Assembly (NCBI RefSeq): GCF_006345805.1
Contig: NC_043002.1
Span: 13,082,001-13,146,000 of the forward strand
Source of the DNA: Octopus sinensis
Lineage: Eukaryota
Direction: 5' to 3'
Length of the DNA: 64,000 nucleotides
In this document: piece after piece, positions 53,933-64,000 of the stretch
Position numbering within the stretch: the stretch's first letter is position 1
Layout: every line of letters starts with the position of its first letter
Translations under genes and position numbers: made by a program
Notes under the pieces: generated by a model
Database searches by the model: none
What the model was told of the DNA's origin: nothing
Seen by the model: the letters and a program-made list of their open reading frames with translations, nothing else

Positions 53933-54137
53933 TATAATTAAGGGTTTAGCAAAACGTTGCTTCACCACATACCGAAAATTTAGAAATAGCAGTCAAAAAC
54001 CGCTAATTTTTTTAACTACAATATAACTCCACAGAGAGTGGAGTTATACTTTAGTTAAAATAATTAGAAGTTTTTGACTGCTATTTCTAAATTTTCGGTA
54101 TGTGCTGAAGCAACTTTTTGCTAAACCCTTAATTATA
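53933..54137. repeat. About 205-bp imperfect palindrome (fold-back)
   Basis: Outer arms TAATTAAGGGTTTAGCAAAA...GCAGTCAAAAAC and their reverse complement; inner hairpin TATAACTCCAC/GTGGAGTTATA. Confidence 0.9.
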
Positions 54138-54234
54138 TTTATAATTATGAAAAAATCTTTTTGTATAAGTTTTTACCGATAATGTTTATTTTTTCCATTA
54201 AATTAATAATTTTTTACCCTATATCTATAATATA

Positions 54235-54470
54235 TATCTGTAAATGTAATACGTGACAATTATTCGGTAGCCATGATAAAATTCCGAGTCTCAGATGCCG
54301 AGGTGGAAACCCACGTCGCCATCTCTTCAGTTATCCGGCCATCGGAAAACTCGGAGCTTTATCATGGCTACCGAATAATTGTCACATATTGTATTTACAG
54401 ATAAATTCCTCTATTTACATAATATCGAAGTCTCTTTCTTTCTTTTGTTTGTCTTACCATTTTTATCAAT
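54235..54470. mobile_element. Miniature inverted Penelope 3'-end (same family as the 35.3-37.6 kb element) with a hammerhead motif
   Basis: 54345-54470 aligns with the reverse complement of 35326-35440. The minus arm reads GATAA-CTGAAGA-GATG...CATC-T-GAGACTCGGAAT-T-TTATC. Confidence 0.8.
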
Positions 54471-54493
54471 ATATATATATATATATATACACT

Positions 54494-54551
<58 letters not shown>

Positions 54552-54814
54552 TAGAGGATGACGCAAAGTTTATGCACGGGGCAAAGCTACAATTATTAAG
54601 GGAGAACATTTTATACAAAGGTTTAACGCTAATTTAAGGGTGCAGTTTACATACGATTAAATACGGTAATTTAATATTTGAGTGAAGTAAACTCACCTAG
54701 AATCTATCAGTTTACATAAACTTAAACCTACTTTGGCTAAAAGGGTTCGTATTCAGTCTACGCTTGTTTATTTTTTATTGATAAATATACTTCGTCTTTG
54801 TAATCGTTTTGCAG

Positions 54815-54937
54815 GATGTAAAGGATGTTACTATGATGGACACTGCTTTTGTAATAATCAAAAAGGCATTTATAAAGGAAAGTATGAATGTAAGACACTT
54901 CAATGCAAAAGGAAAAGTCTAACAATTATTGAAACGT
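54815..54937 (+). CDS. Cys-rich internal exon of the small secreted protein
   Basis: Acceptor TTTTGCAG|GA, donor T|GTAAGT, 123 nt, phase 1 to 1; (G)CKGCYYDGHCFCNNQKGIYKGKYECKTLQCKRKSLTIIET. Confidence 0.75.
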
Positions 54938-54993
54938 GTAAGTAAAAAGTAAATATAATTTTTGGTACCTATAGATTGAAACATGGACATGAG

Positions 54994-55042
<49 letters not shown>

Positions 55043-55519
55043 AAACAAAAAGAGCTGTTAAACAAACATTTAGTGGGAGTGAAAATATTTTTTTTTAAAT
55101 GTAAAGAAAATAGAAAACTTGGTGCAGAAGTTAAGGCGTCGGTAAGTTCAGGAGGAAATTAGACAATAGCCACCGTTAAATGGACAAATAAAGAATGTGG
55201 CAAAAAGGTGGAGTAAAAATTCTGTCAATGAAAAGCTCTCGTCTTGATCACGTGCCCTTGGTACGAAACCTCAATTTCTGTTATTAATTATAAACCATAA
55301 CAGCTAATGTTTACTTATAAATAAACTAAAGATATTTAGGAGATGGGATGAGGAAAGTTTTATGCAGGAGTGGCTGTGTGGTAAGTAGTTTGCTTACCAA
55401 CCACATGGTTCCGGGTTCAATCCCACTGCGTGGCACCTTGGGCAGGTGTCCTCTACTATAGCCTCGGGTCGGCCAAAGCCTTGTGAGTGGATTTGGTAGA
55501 CAGAAACTAAAACAAGCCC

Positions 55520-55937
55520 AAGGCGACGAGCTGGCAGAAACGTTAGCACACCGGGCAAAATGTGTAGCCGTATTTCGTCTACCATTACGTTCTGAGTTCA
55601 AATTCCGCCGAGATCGACTTTGCCTTTCATCCTTTCGGGGTCGATAAATTAAGTACTAGTTACGCACTGGGGTCGATGTAATCGACTTAATACCTATGTC
55701 TGTCATTGTTTGTTCCCTCTGTGTTTTTAGCCCCTTGTGGGTAGTAAAGAAATAAGTATTTCGTCTGCCGTTACGTTCTGAGTTCAAATTCCGCCGAGGT
55801 CGACTTTACCTTCCATCCTTTCAGGGTCGATAAATTAAGTACTAGTTACACACTGGGGTCGATGTAATTATTTAATCCTTTGTCTGTCCTTGTTTGTCCC
55901 CTCTATGTTTAGCCCCTTGTGGGCAATAAAGAAATAA
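55520..55937 (+). mobile_element. SINE family B (tandem dimer) nested in a family A SINE
   Basis: AGGCGACGAGCTGGCAGAAACGTTAGC...GAGTTCAAATTCC head, flanked by a duplicated AGAAACT(A/G)AAA(C/G)AAGCCCA. More than 10 other family B copies occur (e.g. 5140, 8580, 31450, 58100). Confidence 0.85.
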
Positions 55938-55970
55938 GAAACTGAAAGAAGCCCAACGTATACATATATG

Positions 55971-56028
<58 letters not shown>

Positions 56029-56797
56029 CTTGTGTGTGTATATGTTTGTATGTTTGTGTTAGTCCCCCACCAACATCGCTTGATAACCGATGCTGGTGTG
56101 TTTACGTCCCCGTAACTTAGCGGTTCGGCACAAGGGGCCGATGGAAAAAGTACTAGGCTTACAACGAATAAGTCCTGGGATCGATTTGCTCGACTAAAGG
56201 CGGTGCTCTAGCATGGCCGCAGTCAAATGACTGAAACATTTAAAAGAATAGAAGAATAAAAGAATATCTTTACACGACGCTTTAGCGACGGGAATGAACG
56301 GAAATGTATTTAACAAACGATAAAATTTTCGTCAAAAATAAACATTAACATTTGAATGCTGGCCACCTCCGATGAAATGATGCAACAATCTAATGTGTCA
56401 CACGTAATTTTTATTTACGTTATCATTTATTCTATATATGTGGCTGTGTGATAAGAAGCTTCCGTGTTCAGTCCCACTGCGTAGCACCTAGAGCATGTGT
56501 CTTCTACTATAATCTCAGGCTGACGAAAGCCTTGTGAGTGGATTTATTAGCCGGAAACTGAACGAATCCCGTTGTATGTGTGTGTGTATTTGTGTATGTG
56601 TCTGTGTATGTGTCTGTGTTTGTCTCCGCTACCGATGTTGATGTGTTCACGTCCTCGTAACTTAGCGGTTCGGCAATAGAACCGATAGAATAAGTTCTAG
56701 GCTTACAAAGAATAAGTCATGGAGCCGATTTGTTCGACTATAGGCGGTGCTCCAGCATGGCTGCAGTCAAATAACTAAAACAAGCAATAGAATATTA

Positions 56798-57125
56798 ATA
56801 TTGTTGTATTTCGGAATGGTCATTTTGCCAGTTTAGCCAATAAAAACACACGCACTATATATTTGGTGTTATTTTGCTTCAGTGATATTTATTTTTTACA
56901 TTAATCTTAATCTTATTTCGGCCAGAGTTCTTTCGTCACACTTCTGTGACCTTGCAAAGGACCACTGATAAGGTCACAGAAGTGTGATGAAAGAACTCTG
57001 GCCGAAATAAGATTAAGATTAATGTAAAAAATAAATAACGCTGAAGCAAAGTAACACCAAATATATAGTGCGTGTGTTTTTATTGGCTAAACTGGCAAAA
57101 TAACCATTCCTAAATACAACAATAT
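56798..57125. mobile_element. 328-bp fold-back (156-bp arms, 16-nt spacer) with a minimal hammerhead motif at its centre
   Basis: GGACCA-CTGATAA-G-GTCAC-AGAAGT-GTGA(T/C)-GAA-AG-AA-CT-C-TGGCC; G8A in this copy. Confidence 0.7.
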
Positions 57126-58404
57126 CTATTTCAACACACGATTTCTCATCAAAAATCTTGTAAAACAAATATATAAACGTAATATTGATATTTCATTCCA
57201 CATAATATATATGTGCGTGTGTGATCATTCTTAGCCGCCACTGGTAAGCAAATATAATCTGGTAGAATGTAACATACTTTTGATAATTGTTTTCGATGCC
57301 TGTGACATGGTTGGGTAGTTAAAAAGCTTGCTTTGCAATCACGTGAATTCGGACTCAGTCGCACTGCGAGGACTTCATTGACCAATTCTTTACTACTATA
57401 CCCAGGAGCCAACCAACGCCTTGGTAGACGGAAAATGTGTGGAAACCCGTCGTACATGTACATATGTGTGAGTATGCTTGTATTTGTGTTTGTGCTTGAC
57501 TCCTCATCACTACTTGACAACCGTTATTGGTTTGTTACGCATTCCTAACTTAGTGGCTCGACAAAAAGGTCGACAAAGTATAGCCAGATTTTTTTTTAAA
57601 CTACTGAGATTGAATTGTTCGACTAAAACTTTCAAGCCGATGCCCCAGCATGGCCGCAGTCATATTACTGAAGCAAAATAGTTACCTACACACAGTGGCG
57701 GACTGGGTCTAAAAATATTGGCTGCCAGGAGACTAAGGGGGCCCATCAGCAACTACAAGGGGACCCACCAGCAAAGTTGGGAAGACAGCGTGATTACCAA
57801 ACGCATAGGAAAAATGCTATACTTGGTAAAAGGAAGAAAAGGGGTATACAAGAAATATATAAATCAACTAAAAGAAAACGATTAGTTGAGAGCGAACACA
57901 AGAGAATGAAAGAACCAGTGGAATGGTCATATGATACTTTTTAAGTATCATATATCCACAAGCGAAAGAATAAGAAACGAAGTTGCTGGAAGTTGATGCC
58001 AAACGTAAAAAACATTATTTATAACTGTATGGAAAAAAAACTCAAATTGGAGGGATTCAAACATTATTTTAGTGGTAACTTATTTTACAAAAATATATAT
58101 TGCTTTACTGCCCACAAGGGGCAAAGCATAGAGGGGACAAACAAGGACACACAAAGGGATTAAGTCGGTGACATCGACCCCAGTGCGTAACTGGTACTTA
58201 ATTTATCGACCCCGAAAGGATGAAAGGCAGAGTCGACCTCGGCGGAATTTGAACTCAGAACGTAACAGCAGACGAAATACGGCTACGCATTTCACCCGGC
58301 GTGCTCACGTTTCTGCCAGCTCGCCGCCTTATATTTTACAAAAGTATAGCCTAGGCTATGGTATGTCCTATGCACTCGTGCGACGTATATGCCATCAAAT
58401 ACGG

Positions 58405-58449
<45 letters not shown>

Positions 58450-58687
58450 AATAAAATAATAAATATATGCATATATATAAACATATGTACGTACCTACCT
58501 CTACATGTACATATACACGCATATATGAGTACAGGACACCAAAAGGACGTCGAACACAATGAGAAACGAAAACATAGACACAAAGGGAACTGGACATTTT
58601 TTTAAACAACAAAAAAATAGAGTACAGGACATTAACACAAAGAAAAAACCCCTTCTTCAGTCGCTATGGTTTCATCTACTCTACGTT

Positions 58688-58764
<77 letters not shown>

Positions 58765-59373
58765 TCCATTTCTGCACGCTTATTTTATTTTCAATTTATT
58801 CCCATTCAGGTGAAACTACTTATTCAAGTTCAAGTCATTGAGGCAATTTTATACCAGTTGCTATTTTTACTTTTGTTATGTTACGATTATATTATACTTT
58901 AGTTTGATTTTAATTAATTACTACATATAATTCAATTGTTATTATTATTTTTATTGTTAAAGTGAAAGTATCTGACATAAAATAGAGAAACGTTTTTGTT
59001 TCACTTTTAACACGTAATACTGAAATAGTGGAAAAGATATGATATTGTTATGGGCTCGCTCTAGGCAAGAAGTTGAACATTTTTTTGCCCATGAAACTAC
59101 ATGGACCCTATGTAAGGCAAGTGTATAATTTGAATGAAATTGGTTGTGTAGTTCTCAACTGTTAGGGAATCGTAGTGGAGAAGATATTATATTGCTGTGG
59201 GCTCGCCCTAGGCAAAAAGTTAAAAATTTGTTTTGCCGATGACACTCCCCGGACTCTAAGTAAGGCATGTGTAAAATTTGAATGAAATTGGTTGTGTAGT
59301 TCTCCAGTTTTAGGGGAAACACACAGACAGACAGACAGACACACATTCTCAGTTTTATATTTATAAAGTAATG

Positions 59374-59441
<68 letters not shown>

Positions 59442-59717
59442 ATATATATATATATACATATATATGTACGTGTGTGTATTTGTCTGTGTGTCAGTGTTTG
59501 TCCCTCCGACATCGCTTTAAAACCGATGTTGGTGTATTTACGTCCCCGTAATTTTAGCGGTTCGGCAAAACAGACCGCTAGAATAAGTACTAGGCTTACA
59601 AAGAATAAGTCCTGGGGTCGATTTGCTCGACTAAAGGCGGTGCTCCATCACGGCCACAGTCAAATGACTGAGACAAGTAAAAGAGTAAAAGAGTGTATAT
59701 GTATATATATTATTTAT

Positions 59718-59817
59718 NNNNNNNNNNNNNNNNNNNNNNNNNNNNNNNNNNNNNNNNNNNNNNNNNNNNNNNNNNNNNNNNNNNNNNNNNNNNNNNNNNN
59801 NNNNNNNNNNNNNNNNN
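59718..59817. other. Assembly gap (100 N)
   Basis: Run of n characters. Confidence 0.99.
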
Positions 59818-60169
59818 GTATATCTTTAAATGATGGTCTGACCGTCTGCCAAGCAAATGAGAAGCTGCAATTGAAGTAAATAGTGAATATGCTCCGGAAT
59901 AACCATTTAAAGATGTTTTTGTTACATGTTATGATTGATTTTGTTGAATAAAACTTGTTGAAAAAAAAGCCCCAGTAATTATGCACTAACCCAATGTGTG
60001 TGTGTGTGTGCATGTGCGTGTGCGTGTTTGTGTGTGTGTGTGTGTAAAAATAAAAGGTTACACAGAAAGAGAAGTAGGAACGTATGGAAAACATACAAAA
60101 AGACGTGGACACGCTCAGCCCTCATCAGTTCTCAACCCAAAATAATTAGTTTTGCACAATTTTATATTA

Positions 60170-60690
<521 letters not shown>

Positions 60691-61756
60691 TATATCATTA
60701 ATGGTTGTTTGTAATTTTATATCATTAATGGTTGTTTGCAAAAAGAATTTGATAATGAAATGAAAGATTACTCAATGCTTATAATTGATTAGTTGAGCAC
60801 ATATATATTAAACTTTTACAAGAAAATGGTTGACTGTGATTTCGAAGTTTCGGCTTGCTTGCCATTGTTCTCGTTCACTTCCCTGAGATTCCGTGGGAGT
60901 AAAGAGTATGTATGTATAACATATTCTCTTGTCGTGGACGTCAATGAAGATTCAGTAGAACAGAGCAGTAATCATATTCTTTGAACACGCGTGTGTCTCT
61001 ATAAATATCTGAGGAAGAACCGATTCTTTCAGGGCGTAAATATGAAAATACAATAAAAGAGATTCAAAATTTGCTCCGATATACATACACCTATTTTGTC
61101 ACTGTGTGTGAATGAGTGTATATGAGTGAATGTGTGTGTGTGTTGTGGTTTGTTTTAGTTATATAGGTGACGATCTGATTTTTCATATTTCAAGAGTTAA
61201 ATAGTTAAGTACTAGTAATTAAGACACGCAATTGTTCTGTGGAATTAATGAGTGAATGCAAATGAATATATTTACTATTTTTATCAGTAAGAAAGAAGAC
61301 CAAATTAAAATTATATATTTTTGCTAAATCGAACACACACACACACCATACACACACACACACACACACGCATGCATATACGTACATACTTACATGTGCG
61401 CGGCAGTATGATTCTTTGACGCAGCAAAAATACTTTAACATGAATTAAAACTTAACACGTAGTTACGACAAAGCGAACAATAATATATTTATCACAGGGA
61501 ATTTTGTCGGTGTGGCCTTCAGATCAGAACGATTTGGACCATAGGGAGTATTATACTGTTCAGTTCACTTTAAGATGTATTTGAATAAGCATTGTCATTA
61601 CAACCGATATCTTTTTTCCTTTCAGATTGATTTGCAAATAAATCGTTTGATCGACATATTTACAAAATAAAAGTTAGTATGTTGAATATTAACTTAATTC
61701 GTGTTTCAGCTGATTACATTATGACAGAGTGGAATGAAGATCATTTTCCATCTCTC

Positions 61757-61839
<83 letters not shown>

Positions 61840-61971
61840 GTCTATCTATCTGTCATCTATCTATCTATCTATCTACTATCTATCTATCTATCTACTACTA
61901 TCTATCTATCTACTATCTATCTATCTATCTGTCTGTCTGTCTATCTATCTCTATCTATCTATCTATCTATC

Positions 61972-62031
<60 letters not shown>

Positions 62032-62052
62032 CTCTCTCTCTCTCTCTCTCTC
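61757..62052. repeat. (TATC)n plus (TC)n microsatellite
   Basis: Read directly from the sequence. Confidence 0.97.
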
Positions 62053-62621
62053 GACATGGACGGACGCTAGTCAAATGGGCTCCACGTAAGTTGGTCATTT
62101 TACGTTGAAAATTGTTTATTGTGAAATATTTTGTGTTTAAAAGTTGTGCAACAACATCCACTGCAAACCTTGATTAATATCTACACAAAATTTTGCCCCT
62201 TGTGGGCAAAATTTAAAAGAAAAATTCTCATAGCCTTCGTGGTTTCATTTAGCCATTTATTTCCAAAATGGCCACTGGTCACCACGAGGCTGAGGTGCAA
62301 GTCAAGCGTGACGCAGAGGCAGAAAAACAGGATGCTCTGTTACCTTACGCTGAACCTGACAACTCCGCCAAATCAACATGACAACAGCACAAATACAAAA
62401 CAAAGGTCGCAAGGCCAAGCACCGTCAACACCATCAGTGAGTCCACCACCACCACCACCAACACCCGACAACAACACACCATGGCAGAATCTGCTACTAA
62501 AACTGCTATCCCTACTAAAGACTCGCCACCATAACAATACCAACATCACCGCCACCAAAGACCGTGCCGTCAATGCTACTAATACTACTAACAACACCAC
62601 CGCCGTCACCAGAACGACAAT

Positions 62622-62652
<31 letters not shown>

Positions 62653-62739
62653 CACCAACGACGACGACAACACATTCCCTTCAACCACTGCTCACTCCAT
62701 CACCAACAAGTGAAAAAATAACGACGACAAGCAACGAAA

Positions 62740-64000
62740 TGCCGAAATTTGCGCTAATGCAGGACTAAATTACGCAGGCAATTTTCCACCCCTTGCTAGT
62801 TGCATAATCAGCAACCACAAACCTACAACCCACACCTGCCATCAACACCAACACCACCGGCAGTAACAACAATAACAAAACAACACAAACTTCGCCGAGG
62901 CGATAAAAGAAAAGGTAACAAAGTTTCGTTTACTACACAACAGATTAAAGATTGCAGAACCTTATTACAAATCAAAACGGAAAAATACTCTTACACATAC
63001 CTCAGCACATACTGAATGAGGAGGAAAAAAAGACAATTGTATATAAAATCACAAATAAAAAACAAAAAGTCCAGAAAAGGCAAGCACAGACAAAGTCGAA
63101 AAGTGCTTACGCCCCATCTGGGGATACAAGGATTGTGTGACTTGGGCGAACAAGTTCGCACACGTACAGGTGGTTTTTCAGAATGAAGAGTTGGCGAAGA
63201 AATTCTCAACGATAACCCTTCATTCTGATGAACTAACGTTGACACACGAGTTACCTCGGCCAGAAGGTGACGAAAGTCATTATCAGTGGTGTCCCCCAAG
63301 TGACTACAACACTGTGGATTACATCCGCCTAACATCCGAAATGGAGGACATAAACATCCTAGATATCGGTGTTTCGGAAAACAAGGACTGGCTGGGAAAG
63401 AGAATAGAGTTCCTCTTCCACATAAGTCAAGAGACATAAATAAAATCCCCACCCACGTACATCTTGAGGATGGCCGCAAGTTATACGTAGTAGTCGAGGG
63501 CAGAAGGCCACGATGCTATACATGTGGCAGTGAGGCACACCTCAAAAAGGAGTGCAAATCTGCCGCAAAATTACAACAACAACAACAGCCACAGGAAAAT
63601 CACAAAAGCCAGGATTATTGCCCACACCACAATATGGACAGCTAGTCAAGAAGCTGTATGCGGAAATGCAGAAAAACAACAAAGAACAAGCCAACCCAAC
63701 CAAACAACACCAACACCAGCGCCAAGAACAGAATCATCACCACCAACAACAAATAAACCAATTCCAACACCAAGAATAACAACGAAGAAGACAAGCACCA
63801 AGGATGTAGGAGAGACAATAACCACAACAAACCCCCCAGCAACACCCTCCCCGCGCACCACAAACATATCTACAACCGCCACAAACACACCCAGACGCTT
63901 TACCCTTGCCCCCTGCTGATTCGTCAGACTTTTCATCTAACGATGAAAGTTCGACAGAATGGCAAATAGCCACAGGGGTAAAAGAAAAAGATCAAGAAAA
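62740..64000 (+). mobile_element. Decayed L1/Tx1-type ORF1 (RRM-like region plus gag-type zinc knuckle), continuing beyond the window
   Basis: Frameshifted segments KFAHVQVVFQNEELAKKF and DINKIPTHVHLEDGRKLYVVVEGRRPRCYTCGSEAHLKKEC (CX2CX4HX4C at 63514-63555), followed by a Thr/Pro-rich low-complexity tail. Confidence 0.75.

Noticed and set aside
58670-58692. GAAACGTA plus a downstream CTGAAGA on the minus strand (related element near 32000-32150)
   Set aside because: Could be a truncated Penelope-type hammerhead, but the elements are in the wrong order or cut off by (TA)n, and no complete three-stem fold is visible.

Overview
AT-rich, repeat-saturated animal genomic DNA, most likely an octopus. 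That is an inference from the tRNA-derived SINE families, the very long (TA)n/(TATC)n/(TAA)n microsatellites and the abundant R4/Dong-type LINEs. There is one 100-N assembly gap. Nearly all ORFs in the supplied track are microsatellite or transposon artefacts. I can support two host genes: (1) a two-exon minus-strand gene for a 165-aa secreted protein with two CBM14/peritrophin-A chitin-binding domains (25092-24801 joined to 17519-17314); (2) two in-phase plus-strand exons of a small secreted Cys-rich protein (50791-50863, 54815-54937; last exon unresolved). Mobile DNA includes a stop-free Tx1/L1 ORF2 C-terminus missed by the ORF track (1084 to the window edge), a decayed Tx1/L1 ORF1, several R4/Dong LINEs, Tc1/mariner/Tigger remnants, four SINE types and a U6 pseudogene fused to a SINE. 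The most striking feature is a set of head-to-head fold-back elements that carry type I hammerhead ribozyme motifs. They range from a 2.2-kb GIY-YIG Penelope-like element down to 120-330-bp non-coding hairpins, several sit in (TA)n tracts, and several lie inside host introns. All motif calls were made by eye, with no database searches or folding software.
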